The notes: a model not told the origin generated them from the letters alone. Numbered from the stretch's first letter, positions 29,903-40,709 are shown. The stretch is 64,000 nucleotides of DNA from an uncultured Clostridia bacterium (GCA_947626975.1 CANQUF010000005.1:234-64233), one strand, 5' to 3'. Numbers and translations: made by a program.

Positions 29903-30592
29903 TTATTTTTCTATAATATCTTTTACTATCTGACTAGCTATAATCATACCTGCAACTGATGGTACAAATGACATGCTACCGGGTACTTTTGATTCTACTT
30001 TAAGTTTAACTGGTTCTTCTTTTGAATATACTACTTTTAATTTAGGTATATTTCTTTTTCTTAATTCTTTTCTTATAACTCTTGCAAGTGGACATACACT
30101 AGTATTATATATATCATCTATTTCAAGTTTTGTAGGATCAAGTTTATTACCAGTTCCCATAGAAGAAATAATTGGTATATTTAATTTATTTGCTCTACTA
30201 ATTAATTCTAACTTAGCTACTACTGTATCTATTGCATCTACTATATATGTAATATCATCAGTAATAATACTATTATCACTACTTGGCATAAAAAATTCTT
30301 TAGAAGTTAATATATTTGAACTAGGATTTATCTCTAACATTCTTTCTTTCATTACATCTACTTTATATTTACCTATTGTCTTATTTGTAGCATGTATCTG
30401 TCTATTTAAATTTGATATATCTACCGTATCATTATCAACTATTAAAAAATTCTTTACACCACAGCGTATTAATCCTTCTAATACAAAAGATCCTACACCT
30501 CCTACGCCAAATACTGCTATTTTAGAGTTTTGTAACTTTTTTATTCCTTCTTTTCCTATTAATAATTCTGTTCTTGCAAATTGATCTATCAT
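29903..30592 (-). CDS. tcdA: ThiF-family adenylyltransferase, TcdA-like tRNA threonylcarbamoyladenosine dehydratase
   Basis: 229 aa. FARTELLIGKEGIKKLQNSKIAVFGVGGVGSF...LIVDNDTVDISNLNRQ matches the TcdA/CsdL N-terminal pattern. Confidence 0.7.
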   Translation of the reverse strand: MIDQFARTELLIGKEGIKKLQNSKIAVFGVGGVGSFVLEGLIRCGVKNFLIVDNDTVDISNLNRQIHATNKTIGKYKVDVMKERMLEINPSSNILTSKEFFMPSSDNSIITDDITYIVDAIDTVVAKLELISRANKLNIPIISSMGTGNKLDPTKLEIDDIYNTSVCPLARVIRKELRKRNIPKLKVVYSKEEPVKLKVESKVPGSMSFVPSVAGMIIASQIVKDIIEK

Positions 30593-30676
30593 TTATATTC
30601 TATCTCCTTATATACATTATATATAATAGTATATATTTAAGAGAAAGTTTTGTCAATAAAATTAATTATTTACAAT

Positions 30677-31003
30677 CTAGCTAGCCATGCCAATATCCTT
30701 TCTTGCTTTCATTTTATTTATATCTTCAATAAATATTTTTATTAAACTACATATATTTATGTTATAATCAGCTATAAAGTATAGATCATCTTTAGTAAAT
30801 GTATAGATACAATCATATATTTCTTGATTACATATATTTAATACTAGATTATATAGTTTCTCTATTATTACATAATCATTATACTTACCTAAATTCTTAC
30901 AGAAATATTTATAATATAATTTTTCTGTTTTTATTTTTACGCTTTCATAGTAATTATACTCACTTGGTAATTCTTTTATTTTTTTATTTTTTTTCTTAAA
31001 CAT
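30677..31003 (-). CDS. hypothetical protein (108 aa), divergent from an XRE regulator
   Basis: Start placed at the ATG preceded by GAGGGTGA (the ORF track extends 75 nt further). No family recognised. Confidence 0.45.
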   Translation of the reverse strand: MFKKKNKKIKELPSEYNYYESVKIKTEKLYYKYFCKNLGKYNDYVIIEKLYNLVLNICNQEIYDCIYTFTKDDLYFIADYNINICSLIKIFIEDINKMKARKDIGMAS

Positions 31004-31245
31004 AAAATCACCCTCACTTTTTAACAAATTATAGCATTTGTTTACTAAATTATCAACACTTTCGACATCACTAGACAAATCTATACAGTTTTTTTATTAT
31101 TTTTTTGATAATTTATATAAATTTTCGTATTTTTTCCACAAAATGCTAATAATATATACATAATGAGTTTATTTAAACACTTAGTGATTGTTTAATTTTA
31201 AAATATAATGGTGTATTATTTATATATAGTTTATGGGTGAAAGTA

Positions 31246-31569
31246 ATGGAAGATACTGTAATAAATAAGAAAGCTTTTGGAAGAAAAATAAAAAAAGCAA
31301 GGATAAAAAACAACCTTACTCAATTTGAACTTGCAGAGAAAATAGGTCTATCACAGAATTTTATTGGTGACATTGAAAGAGGTATAAAATTACCTAGCTT
31401 AACTAAATTAATTGAACTCTCTAATACTTTAAAATGTAGTTTAGATTATATTTTTTCTGAATCATTAGATAATATTGTTTATGAACCTGGAGAGGTTTAT
31501 TATACTGATAAACAACTTGCTATTATAAAACAAGTAATTGATACTATAACTAATAATTTTGAAAAATAA
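31246..31569 (+). CDS. XRE-family helix-turn-helix transcriptional regulator
   Basis: HTH LTQFELAEKIGLSQNFIGDIERGIKLPSL. ATG 31246 is preceded by GGGTGA (the track start 31237 is a GTG). Confidence 0.8.
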   Translation: MEDTVINKKAFGRKIKKARIKNNLTQFELAEKIGLSQNFIGDIERGIKLPSLTKLIELSNTLKCSLDYIFSESLDNIVYEPGEVYYTDKQLAIIKQVIDTITNNFEK

Positions 31570-31619
31570 AGATAACCTATTGTATAAATAATAAGTTATC
31601 TTTTTTATATTTAATTTTT

Positions 31620-32540
31620 TTAGAAAAAATTTATTATTTCTTCTTTTGTAATATTGTACATTTTATATAAACTTTCAACATCACCTGATTTTCCAAATTT
31701 ATCATTTACCCCTAATTTTATAAGCTTTTTAGGATATTCCTGAGTTAGCACATTTGAAATTATACTTCCTATTCCCCCTATAATACTATGATCTTCTATT
31801 GATATAAGTTTATCTGTCTGTTTTGCACAATTTATTATTGTATCTTTATCAATAGGTTTTATAGAGTATAAATCTACGACTCTTACATTTATATTCTTTG
31901 ATTTTAATATCTCCTTTGCACTAAGTGCTATATCTACAGTACTACCAATTGCAAATATAGTTCCATCTGTCCCATTTCCAAATGTTTTAGAGCCACCTTC
32001 TCTAAATTCATCATTCATACTATATACATCTTTAAGTTCATTTCTTCCAAGCCTTATATATTTTGGTCCATCTAATTTTAAACATTCTTCTAATATTTTT
32101 TTAGTACTTATATCATCAGAAGGGCAGAATATTTTCATGTTTGGTATTACATTCATAAGAGCAATATCTTCTATACATTGATGTGTAGCACCGTCCTCTC
32201 CTACTGCAAGTCCGGAATGCGTTGCACATAAATTTATATTAATATTTGAATAGGCAGCTGTATTTCTTATCTGCTCATATGCACGTCCTGTCATAAACAT
32301 AGCAAATGTACTTGCAAAAACAATTTTTTTAGTAAGTGCCATACCGCATGCAGTTCCAATCATATCCTGTTCTGCAATCCCTATATCAAAATGTCTATTT
32401 GGAAATAATTTTTTAAATTCTTTAGTATACGTGGCTTGTGCCAAATCAGCATCAAATACAACTACGTCTTTATTTTTACTTCCAATATCACACAAAAACT
32501 CTCCATAAGCTTTTCTAGTTGATTTCATATATACCTCCAT
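31620..32540 (-). CDS. transketolase, C-terminal (pyrimidine-binding) subunit
   Basis: 306 aa. FDIGIAEQDMIG and THQCIEDIALM motifs. Lies directly downstream of the N-terminal subunit gene. Confidence 0.9.
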   Translation of the reverse strand: MEVYMKSTRKAYGEFLCDIGSKNKDVVVFDADLAQATYTKEFKKLFPNRHFDIGIAEQDMIGTACGMALTKKIVFASTFAMFMTGRAYEQIRNTAAYSNININLCATHSGLAVGEDGATHQCIEDIALMNVIPNMKIFCPSDDISTKKILEECLKLDGPKYIRLGRNELKDVYSMNDEFREGGSKTFGNGTDGTIFAIGSTVDIALSAKEILKSKNINVRVVDLYSIKPIDKDTIINCAKQTDKLISIEDHSIIGGIGSIISNVLTQEYPKKLIKLGVNDKFGKSGDVESLYKMYNITKEEIINFF

Positions 32541-32545
32541 TTTTC

Positions 32546-33352
32546 CTAATTTAATTGTTGTTTAGCCATCTCGTATTCCTCTTTAGTTAAAGACTTACCG
32601 TGCCACTCCACTTTATTTTCCATAAAAGAAATACCTTTTCCCTTTATAGTATTTGCAATAATTACATTAGGTTTTTTTGATTTTTTAGCATTGTCTATGC
32701 TATTTAAAATATCTTCAAAATCATGTCCATTTATACTTTGTACATACATTCCAAAAGAATTGAATTTTTCCTCTAAGTTATCAACACTTTTAACATTTTT
32801 TATACTTCCGTCAATTTGTAAACCATTATTATCTACTATTAAAATTAAATTATTTAAATTATATTTATTAGATGTCATCAAAGCTTCCCATATTTGGCCT
32901 TCCTCAAGTTCGCCATCGCCAACAATACAATATACATATCCATCATTATTATATATTTTTTTAGATAGTGCCATACCATTTGCAACAGATAAACCTTGTC
33001 CAAGTGACCCACTAGAAACATCTACACCTGAAATTTTATTAGATGGGTGTCCTTCAAGATAACTATCTATCTTCCTTAAAGTAAATAAATCTTTATGTGG
33101 AATATATCCTAAACTAGATAAAACTGCATAATATGCTGGAGCAGCATGACCTTTTGATAATACTAATTTATCTATTCTATCTCCATTTTTATCTAAATTC
33201 ATATTAAAATTATGATAATATATTGCAACCAATAGTTCAACACAAGAAAGGCTACCACCAGGATGCCCACAACCAGCAGCATATATCATATCTATTATAT
33301 CATTTCGTATATTTTTAGATATATTATTAAGTTTATTTAAATTTTCTTCCAT
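32546..33352 (-). CDS. transketolase, N-terminal (TPP-binding) subunit
   Basis: 268 aa. GHPGGSLS, LSKGHAAPAYY and GDGELEEGQIWEA motifs. Confidence 0.9.
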   Translation of the reverse strand: MEENLNKLNNISKNIRNDIIDMIYAAGCGHPGGSLSCVELLVAIYYHNFNMNLDKNGDRIDKLVLSKGHAAPAYYAVLSSLGYIPHKDLFTLRKIDSYLEGHPSNKISGVDVSSGSLGQGLSVANGMALSKKIYNNDGYVYCIVGDGELEEGQIWEALMTSNKYNLNNLILIVDNNGLQIDGSIKNVKSVDNLEEKFNSFGMYVQSINGHDFEDILNSIDNAKKSKKPNVIIANTIKGKGISFMENKVEWHGKSLTKEEYEMAKQQLN

Positions 33353-33364
33353 TATATCCCCTCA

Positions 33365-34249
33365 CTACATTTCTTTAAAACCATTACCAAGTGCTTCATT
33401 TACTGTAGTTATATACATTATAGCATTAGCATCGCAAGCTTTTACTAATTTTTTTATCTTAGCAATTTGAGGTCTAGTAACTATACAAGTTATAGTTGCA
33501 ATTCTATCATCAGAATGTGCACCTATACTATTAGTAATTGTTGCACCTCTTTTAAGATCGTTTAGTATACTTTTTGTTACTTTATCCTTATTTCTAGTAA
33601 TTATAGTAACAACTTTTGTATAATATATTCCTTCATATATAATATCGACTACTTTAGTTGATATAAATATTGCAATTATAGAGTAAAGTGCTAAATTTAT
33701 ACTTTTAAAAGCTATAATTTGTCCTATAATAACAACAACTTCAATTATTAAAAGTATATTACTTAAACTTTGTAAAGATGTAAGTCTATATATAAGTTGA
33801 GCAAGCAAATCAGATCCACCAGAACTACAGTCAGCTCTAAATATCATAGATAATCCAACCCCTACAATTAATCCTCCAAATATACATGAAGTAAATAAAT
33901 CTATACCTTCATATAATGACAATGGAAGTTTTACTATTTCTAAAAAAAATGATAATAATATCGTTGAAATAATTGATTTTATGTTAAACTTAAATCCTAG
34001 CTTTATTATTGAAAATATAAATAGTGGAATATTTACTAAGATAACTGTTATTCCCATAGGAATATTTAACACATAATAAAATATTGTAGCTATTCCACTT
34101 GCTCCACCTGTAGTCATTTTATGTGGTAATAAAAACATATTTGTTCCAAGTGCAATAAAAAATGTTCCAATTATAATATATAGTAAATCTAATAATATCT
34201 GTATTATTTTTTTATTATTCTTATTTTCTGTATTTTTTTTATTTTTCAT
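33365..34249 (-). CDS. YitT-family membrane protein (DUF2179 C-terminal domain)
   Basis: 294 aa. Polytopic N-terminal part with TGGASGIA, and a soluble C-terminal domain. Confidence 0.7.
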   Translation of the reverse strand: MKNKKNTENKNNKKIIQILLDLLYIIIGTFFIALGTNMFLLPHKMTTGGASGIATIFYYVLNIPMGITVILVNIPLFIFSIIKLGFKFNIKSIISTILLSFFLEIVKLPLSLYEGIDLFTSCIFGGLIVGVGLSMIFRADCSSGGSDLLAQLIYRLTSLQSLSNILLIIEVVVIIGQIIAFKSINLALYSIIAIFISTKVVDIIYEGIYYTKVVTIITRNKDKVTKSILNDLKRGATITNSIGAHSDDRIATITCIVTRPQIAKIKKLVKACDANAIMYITTVNEALGNGFKEM

Positions 34250-34293
34250 AAATTATACCTAACCTATTATTAGTATTTACTATTTTTTCCAAT

Positions 34294-34761
34294 TTATATT
34301 TCTTTTTTTATTTTTTCTAAAAAACTTTCATCTTTTACATACTTTTTGAATTCTCTATATTTAATCTGGCTTAACAATTCATCAAAATTGTCCCCCTCTT
34401 TATATACTAATATATAGCCTTCTTTTTCTAATTCAGTAGATACTTCAAGTTGATGATCATTTTTATGTTCATGATATTTTTTTAATCTAGGAACTACTAA
34501 AATTTTTTTTTCACTTTCTAGTGCAGTAAATATTGTACCTACGCCACCATGGCAAATAATGTATTTACAATTTTTTATATATTCTTTAAATTTATCGTCA
34601 TCCAAAAAATCTGTTATTTGTATATTTTTATTACTACTGTTATATTTTGTATGTCCCACTTGTATAATTATTTCCTCATCTTTTAATACATTTGAATTTT
34701 CTATTAGTTTAATAATTCTATCAAATTGTTGTTTTTGAGTACCTATTGTAACAAAAATCAA
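34294..34761 (-). CDS. PssE/Cps14G (Alg13-like) glycosyltransferase subunit
   Basis: 155 aa. MIFVTIGTQ..FDR and ICHGGVGT motifs. Paired with an Alg14-like gene. Confidence 0.7.
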   Translation of the reverse strand: MIFVTIGTQKQQFDRIIKLIENSNVLKDEEIIIQVGHTKYNSSNKNIQITDFLDDDKFKEYIKNCKYIICHGGVGTIFTALESEKKILVVPRLKKYHEHKNDHQLEVSTELEKEGYILVYKEGDNFDELLSQIKYREFKKYVKDESFLEKIKKEI

Positions 34762-34762
34762 A

Positions 34763-35227
34763 TTACATCAACCTCCCCAAATACTCTGCTTTATCATATA
34801 ATTTTGCTAAAGACTCCCACTGGACATAAAATTTATTAGCAAATAAATATACAATTTTTCCGGTCATTGATAGAGATTTTACTTTTGCTAGTGATTCTAT
34901 ATATATAATTTTTTTGCCGAATATCTTTCCAAAAAAGCACATTATTCCTCCAACCTGTGCACCTGTAGATATGATAGTATCCGGTTTAAATTTTAAAATT
35001 ATTTTTATACTTATAAATATATTACATAAAAGTGAAAAAATATATTTAAAAATGTTTCTTGATGGTCCATATTTAAAGTAATCTATATTGTATTTTTTGG
35101 CAAGTCTTACAGTTATATCAGTCTTTTCTGTAACTATAAGGTAATTATATTCATTAAATAATTTTTCAAGTTTTAGTAATTCACTTAAATGTCCTCCTGA
35201 ACTAGAGGCAAATATTACTTTCTTCAT
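34763..35227 (-). CDS. PssD/Cps14F (Alg14-like) glycosyltransferase membrane-associated subunit
   Basis: 154 aa. ASSSGGHLSELL motif. A single nucleotide separates it from the Alg13-like gene. Confidence 0.7.
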   Translation of the reverse strand: MKKVIFASSSGGHLSELLKLEKLFNEYNYLIVTEKTDITVRLAKKYNIDYFKYGPSRNIFKYIFSLLCNIFISIKIILKFKPDTIISTGAQVGGIMCFFGKIFGKKIIYIESLAKVKSLSMTGKIVYLFANKFYVQWESLAKLYDKAEYLGRLM

Positions 35228-36339
35228 TAAATCCCCTTTATTTTTAATATAAAATTATAATTTTCTTTTAAATATTTCTTATTTACTTTATTTGGTCCTA
35301 CTACAATTGATATATACCTTTTTGGTACAAATATATTTAAAATACTTTCTTTATTTATATTAAGTCTCTTAACTTCTTTTTCTATTCTTTTTAATACTGT
35401 TTTAGATAATACATATTCTGCAAAATTATCACAAACTGGTCCAACAATGTCTACATTATTCATAGTAATTTCATCTGTAGATTGTAATCCCATCCTTATA
35501 ATTTGTATATCAGTTTTCCTACATTCTTCTAAAATATAGTATGATCTTTGTATAGCTTCATCTAATGTTAGTGGTATATATTCGCCAGATTTATACATAT
35601 CATACAATTTAGTATCATGTAGTACATATACTGGGTAAATTCTTAATTGCTTAGGTTTTAATTTTATTACTTCTTTTATAGTATATATTTCAGTTTTAAT
35701 TGTACTATTGGGAAGACCTACCATTATTTGAATTCCTAATTTAAAACCATAATAACGTATTAATTTAGATGCTCTTATTACTTCAATATTACTATGTCCT
35801 CTTTTAGCTACATTTAGAACATTTTTATCCATTGATTGCACTCCAAGCTCTATTGTTTCTACATTATATTTTTTTAATATTTTTAGAATTTTAGGAGATA
35901 TATAATCTGGTCTTGTAGATAATCTTATACTATCTATTTTCTTATTTAATATATATTTATATGCTATTTCAAGATAGCCAATTTGTTGTTTAATACTAAG
36001 TCCTGTAAATGATCCGCCAAAGAATGCTACTTCTATTTTCTTATCTATACTTTTTGCATTATTAAAATATTTTAAGTATTCCTGTATAATTTTATCTACT
36101 TGTTCTTTAGTTACACTTTCCGTATTACCAGTTATTTTTCTTTGATTACAAAATACACACTCATTTTTACATCCACTATGTGGTATAAATATTGGTATTG
36201 TATATTGGTTATCTTTATTTATTATATTTTTTAATTCTTCATTTAGATCTAAAGTAATATTATAAATATTAGAATTTGCTAATTGCATTTTTTGCTGCGG
36301 ATTGCTCTGCGTTTTTTTTGCTTTTTCCAATACCATCAC
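35227..36339 (-). CDS. radical SAM protein (ELP3/coproporphyrinogen-oxidase-like family)
   Basis: CKNECVFC (Cx3Cx2C) cluster motif and TIM-barrel-like core. The exact start is uncertain (GTG 36339, ATG 36336 or ATG 36288), and the 5' end overlaps the 3' end of rnc. Confidence 0.75.
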   Translation of the reverse strand: MMVLEKAKKTQSNPQQKMQLANSNIYNITLDLNEELKNIINKDNQYTIPIFIPHSGCKNECVFCNQRKITGNTESVTKEQVDKIIQEYLKYFNNAKSIDKKIEVAFFGGSFTGLSIKQQIGYLEIAYKYILNKKIDSIRLSTRPDYISPKILKILKKYNVETIELGVQSMDKNVLNVAKRGHSNIEVIRASKLIRYYGFKLGIQIMVGLPNSTIKTEIYTIKEVIKLKPKQLRIYPVYVLHDTKLYDMYKSGEYIPLTLDEAIQRSYYILEECRKTDIQIIRMGLQSTDEITMNNVDIVGPVCDNFAEYVLSKTVLKRIEKEVKRLNINKESILNIFVPKRYISIVVGPNKVNKKYLKENYNFILKIKGI

Positions 36340-36964
36340 CTATTTTCTTACCATTAAAGAATAATTCTACTTCAAAAGTTTTATCATGTTCTGGACCATA
36401 TTCATTTTTAGTAATATATTCTATTTTTACATTACCATGTTTTTGTAATATTTCTTGCAATTTTGTTTTATAATCTACATTTATTTCTCTACCAGATAAC
36501 ACATCATTTATTTCTTTATCAAGCAATCTTAAAGCTGTTTCCTTTGCTATATCATAACCACCATCTAAGTATATTGCTCCAAGTATAGCTTCAAATGCAT
36601 CAGCAATAATAGCATCTTTTAATCTACCATTAGTAGCCATTTCACATTTACCTAAATATATGTACTTATGTCCATCTATTCTTTTTAAAGCATCACTAAG
36701 AGATGATTCGCAAACTATTGCCGCTCTTTTTTTAGTCATTTCTCCTTCTGAAAAATTATGTACATTAGTATATAAAAAATCAGAAATTATATGTTCTAAA
36801 ATTGCATCACCTAAAAATTCAATTCTTTCATTATATTTTGTATTTTCTGTTTCGCCATTTTCATAAGCATATGATTTATGTGTTAGGGCAAGCTTTAATA
36901 ATGATATATTATTAAATATATATTGTAATTTAGATTGTAGCATTAATAATTTTTCTTTATCCAA
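36269..36964 (-). CDS. rnc: ribonuclease III
   Basis: ALTHKSY, NERIEFLGDAIL signature and a C-terminal dsRBD. Start placed at TTG 36964, 9 nt after GGAGG. The ORF-track N-terminal extension (to 37081) is AT-rich read-through. Confidence 0.9.
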   Translation of the reverse strand: MDKEKLLMLQSKLQYIFNNISLLKLALTHKSYAYENGETENTKYNERIEFLGDAILEHIISDFLYTNVHNFSEGEMTKKRAAIVCESSLSDALKRIDGHKYIYLGKCEMATNGRLKDAIIADAFEAILGAIYLDGGYDIAKETALRLLDKEINDVLSGREINVDYKTKLQEILQKHGNVKIEYITKNEYGPEHDKTFEVELFFNGKKIGDGIGKSKKNAEQSAAKNAISKF

Positions 36965-37113
36965 AACAAATTTCCTCCTTTTTGGTATATAATATATTAT
37001 ATACAAATTTTTTATTTTTTTCAACATATAATAAAAGTGGATATATAAAAATATGTAAATATAATAAAAAATAACTTCCAATTATCATATTTAATAATTA
37101 GAAGTTATATATT

Positions 37114-37932
37114 TTATTGATTGTTTTCTTGATTAGATTCTTCTTTTTTTATTTTTCTTGCAACTACTGCAAGTCTTCCATTTGCCTGTGAATATTCACA
37201 TGTTGAAAGTGTAATAAGTTTTTCTCCATAATTTGCTGTTGCATCTATTTGATATAGACTTGCTTCTTTTGCATTTCTTACATAATCGTTATACTCATCT
37301 TCATTCTTTGCATCTACAAAGTAATAATATCTAAATACATTTTTTTCTGATTTATAATATACTCTTGATAAAAATACACTTATTATTTCATACTCTTCTT
37401 CTTCATCAAGTGTAGTATATCGTATTGTTTTATGCTCGTTATAGAAATCCTGACTTTTATATTTTATTAAATCTGAAAACATTTCAGTACTTCCAATATT
37501 ATTATGTCCGTATATAAGTAAATTACTACTTGGTTTACTCATATCATAATCTTTATCTAAAAATAATGCACCATCTTGTGATTTTTCCTTTTTGTAATTA
37601 TGTGTTAGATAATAATCATTATCTTTTGCTTGCACTACAGGATAGTTAATTTTTGTTCCATCTATTTCAAGAATACCAACTATTTCAGGATTAATATTTT
37701 TTAATTCTTCTAATTTTTTTATTCTTTCAGACTTGTTATATACTGGTTCTTCTTGATCTATTACTGCCTCTACTTGGATACTTTCTTCCTCATTTAGATC
37801 TTTATTCTTACTTTTCTTTATAATTAAAAAAACACTTAATACTAGCACTACTAATAATATAACTGATAGTACCACTATTAAAACTTGCTTTTTTTTATTT
37901 TTGTCTTTATTTACTTTTCTTCTTCTATCCAT
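37114..37932 (-). CDS. srtB: class B sortase
   Basis: 272 aa. N-terminal TM, YGHN and TLSTCEY catalytic Cys motif, and the conserved Arg region (RLAVVARK). Confidence 0.8.
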   Translation of the reverse strand: MDRRRKVNKDKNKKKQVLIVVLSVILLVVLVLSVFLIIKKSKNKDLNEEESIQVEAVIDQEEPVYNKSERIKKLEELKNINPEIVGILEIDGTKINYPVVQAKDNDYYLTHNYKKEKSQDGALFLDKDYDMSKPSSNLLIYGHNNIGSTEMFSDLIKYKSQDFYNEHKTIRYTTLDEEEEYEIISVFLSRVYYKSEKNVFRYYYFVDAKNEDEYNDYVRNAKEASLYQIDATANYGEKLITLSTCEYSQANGRLAVVARKIKKEESNQENNQ

Positions 37933-37958
37933 AAGTACTCCCTGTATAATAATTATTA

Positions 37959-37980
37959 GAGTAGGGGAAATCCCCTACTC
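37959..37980 (-). terminator. intrinsic terminator between the surface-protein gene and srtB
   Basis: GAGTAGGGGA / TCCCCTACTC GC-rich 10-bp arms. Confidence 0.6.
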
Positions 37981-38008
37981 ATACAATTAAATTATATATA
38001 ATATATAA

Positions 38009-38806
38009 TTATTTAACAAATTTTCTTACTGCAAAAACTCCGCAAACAGAAACTAAAGATATAGCTATTAGTGCATATACGCTATTATCTACTACACCAG
38101 TCTTTGGTGTTGAATCTAATTCTTCTGCTTTTGGTTGTGTAGCTTGCTCATTAGATTCAGCAGCTTTTTTAGCTTCTTCAACTTTGTTTACTTCATTTTG
38201 ATAAATTTCTTGGTTCCATAAAGTTTTATCTTCATCATCTACTAGGTCATTATGTAATTCTACACCTTTAGATTTAATAATAACTTTTATTTTTTGAGTA
38301 CTAATTGTATTACCTTCAGCAACTGGTTCAGTTGAAGGATCTGCTTTATACCAAGTTATTTCATAGTTATATACTATTGCATTACTTTCATCTTGAACAG
38401 ATGCTTTTAGTTTTTCTTCACTTACTCCAAAATACTCATCGAAAATTCCATCAGTTATTTTAGTTGCTTTATCGCTACCTTTAACTTTACAATATTCTGC
38501 ATTAGTTGGAGCAGTCATTCTAAGACCAATCCAAGCATAACCTGCGTCACGTCCTAATCCTTCATCTTCTTTTACTACAGTTAATTTTGCGGCATCATAT
38601 GTAACAGTAATTTCTTCACCTTGGTTAGTAATATCAATAGTAGGATTTAAATTTCCAAAATCTGTTTCATTAACTAAAGAATCTTTTTGAGTATTATCTT
38701 TAACTGATGCATATTTAACTGCTTCATCTGCTTTAACAGAAGTTGTAAAAGTTAGTGCTACGCCACAAATCATTGCAAAAGCTGTTCCCATAAAAAGTTT
38801 TTTCAT
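38009..38806 (-). CDS. secreted cell-wall-anchored protein, likely sortase B substrate (TPKTG sorting signal)
   Basis: Signal peptide MKKLFMGTAFAMICGVALTFTTSVKA. C-terminal TPKTG plus a hydrophobic stretch plus RKFVK. GGAGGA-type SD. Composition is less AT-rich than its neighbours. Confidence 0.7.
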   Translation of the reverse strand: MKKLFMGTAFAMICGVALTFTTSVKADEAVKYASVKDNTQKDSLVNETDFGNLNPTIDITNQGEEITVTYDAAKLTVVKEDEGLGRDAGYAWIGLRMTAPTNAEYCKVKGSDKATKITDGIFDEYFGVSEEKLKASVQDESNAIVYNYEITWYKADPSTEPVAEGNTISTQKIKVIIKSKGVELHNDLVDDEDKTLWNQEIYQNEVNKVEEAKKAAESNEQATQPKAEELDSTPKTGVVDNSVYALIAISLVSVCGVFAVRKFVK

Positions 38807-38972
38807 ATATTTTCCTCCTTACTTTTTATATTGTATTTTAACAAAATAACCTTTATGCACATCTGTTATTTTGTTACTTTTATAAGTTTATCATATTAGT
38901 CTTATTTATTCAATAATTTATTATAAAAAATAAAAATATTTTATACAAAACTATATTTTTTTAAATAATAAA

Positions 38973-39014
38973 AATGAGACCTTTATAATACTTATCATAT
39001 TATAAAGCCTCATT
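38973..39014 (-). terminator. intrinsic terminator downstream of acpP
   Basis: AATGAGACCTTTATAAT / ATTATAAAGCCTCATT imperfect long stem with flanking A/T runs. Confidence 0.55.
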
Positions 39015-39038
39015 TTATTTTGGTATAAAATATATAAT

Positions 39039-39281
39039 CTATTGATTATTCTTTATATATTCAACTACATCACCAACAGAAGAAATTTTTTCAGCATCTT
39101 CTTCACGTATTTCCATATCAAATTCTTCTTCTAATGCCATAATAAGTTCAACTACATCTAAAGAATCAGCACCTATATCATCAATAAATGTTGTTTCTAA
39201 TGTTATTGATTCTAAGTCTTCTATTCCTAGTTGCTCACCTATTATATCTTTGACTCTATCTAAAATTTCTTTATCATCCAT
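39039..39281 (-). CDS. acpP: acyl carrier protein
   Basis: 80 aa with the [20 protein letters not shown] phosphopantetheine-attachment motif. Confidence 0.9.
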   Translation of the reverse strand: MDDKEILDRVKDIIGEQLGIEDLESITLETTFIDDIGADSLDVVELIMALEEEFDMEIREEDAEKISSVGDVVEYIKNNQ

Positions 39282-39462
39282 TTACTTACCCTCCTAATTT
39301 TATATATCTATTATCTAATATTTACTCCGGAAAGTCAATAGTATTACTATTTTTTTATATTTTTTATTTAATTATAATTATTTATGGCTTTTTGCAAAAT
39401 TATTACATATGTATTTACTATTTAATTAATCCTATTATATAAAACAAAAATAGAATAAAAAA

Positions 39463-39490
39463 ATGATAACGACTTTTAAATCGCTACCAT
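39463..39490 (-). terminator. intrinsic terminator downstream of tuf
   Basis: On the minus-strand RNA, AUGGUAGCGA pairs with UCGUUAUCAU (two G-U pairs), followed by a U-run. Confidence 0.6.
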
Positions 39491-39506
39491 TTTTTTATTC
39501 AAAGTA

Positions 39507-40709
39507 TTATTCAATTATATTAGATACAGAACCTGCACCTACTGTTCTTCCACCTTCACGAATAGCAAATTTTAATCCTTTTTCTATCGCAATTGGAGTT
39601 ATAAGTTTAATTTTCATAGTTACATTATCACCAGGCATTACCATTTCTTTTTCTTTTGGTAATTCAATTACACCAGTAACATCTGTAGTTCTGAAATAGA
39701 ATTGTGGTCTATATCCTTGGAAGAATGGAGTATGTCTTCCACCCTCTTCTTTAGTTAGGATATATACTTCTGCTTCGAATTCAGTATGTGGATGAATAGA
39801 TCCTGGTTTTGCAATAACTTGACCTCTTTCGATTTCGTCTCTTTGGATACCTCTTAGAAGTACACCAGCATTGTCTCCAGCTTCTGCAGTATCTAGTGAT
39901 TTTCTAAACATTTCTATTCCTGTTACAACAGTCTTTTTCTTTTCATCACTTAAACCAACTATTTCAACTTCTTCACCAATTTTTAAAGATCCTCTTTCAA
40001 TTCTTCCTGTTGCAACTGTTCCTCTACCTGTTATAGTGAAAACATCTTCAACTGGCATTAAGAAAGGTTTATCAATATCTCTTTCTGGTGTTGGAATATA
40101 TGAATCAATAGCTTCTAATAATTCTTTAATACAAGCATATTCAGGAGCATTTGGATCAGTTGAAGTACTTTCTAATACTTTTAATGCTGAACCTTTTATT
40201 ATTGGAGTAGTATCTCCAGGGAATTCATATTTAGATAATAGATCTCTTATATCCATTTCTACTAATTCAACTAATTCTGGATCATCTACCATATCACATT
40301 TATTCATAAATACAACTATATATGGAACACCAACTTGTCTTGCAAGTAATATATGTTCTCTTGTTTGTGGCATAGGGCCATCAACAGCAGATACAACTAA
40401 TATTGCACCATCCATTTGTGCTGCACCTGTAATCATATTTTTTACATAGTCAGCGTGTCCTGGGCAGTCAACGTGAGCATAGTGTCTATTTGCTGTTTCA
40501 TATTCAACGTGAGCTGTAGATATAGTTATTCCTCTTGCTCTTTCTTCTGGAGCACCATCAATTTGGTCATATGCTTTAAATTCAGCTCCACCTGTTAAGC
40601 TACAATATTTTGTTATTGCTGCTGTAAGTGTTGTTTTACCATGGTCAACGTGACCAATAGTACCGATATTAGCATGTGGTTTGTTTCTTTCATACTTTGC
40701 TTTTGCCAT
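39507..40709 (-). CDS. tuf: elongation factor Tu
   Basis: 400 aa. [18 protein letters not shown] and NKCD GTPase motifs, with GGAGGA SD. Confidence 0.98.
   Translation of the reverse strand: MAKAKYERNKPHANIGTIGHVDHGKTTLTAAITKYCSLTGGAEFKAYDQIDGAPEERARGITISTAHVEYETANRHYAHVDCPGHADYVKNMITGAAQMDGAILVVSAVDGPMPQTREHILLARQVGVPYIVVFMNKCDMVDDPELVELVEMDIRDLLSKYEFPGDTTPIIKGSALKVLESTSTDPNAPEYACIKELLEAIDSYIPTPERDIDKPFLMPVEDVFTITGRGTVATGRIERGSLKIGEEVEIVGLSDEKKKTVVTGIEMFRKSLDTAEAGDNAGVLLRGIQRDEIERGQVIAKPGSIHPHTEFEAEVYILTKEEGGRHTPFFQGYRPQFYFRTTDVTGVIELPKEKEMVMPGDNVTMKIKLITPIAIEKGLKFAIREGGRTVGAGSVSNIIE

Noticed and set aside
29973-30584. 203-aa plus-strand ORF. Similar antisense ORFs include 39871..40449, 32691..33062, 11368..11715, 18751..19098 and 58754..59113.
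   Set aside because: They lie entirely antisense to well-supported genes (tcdA-like, tuf, transketolase, the giant gene, the VirB6-like gene). They have low-complexity Ser/Ile/Leu/Phe-rich translations and no SD. They are shadow ORFs.
36965-37081. N-terminal extensions offered by the ORF track: rnc to 37081, rpoB to 55416, 30677..31078, 59784..60425 and 25446..26012.
   Set aside because: In each case a canonical SD precedes an internal start that matches the expected N-terminus of the family. The extensions are AT-rich read-through, or they overlap the SD itself.
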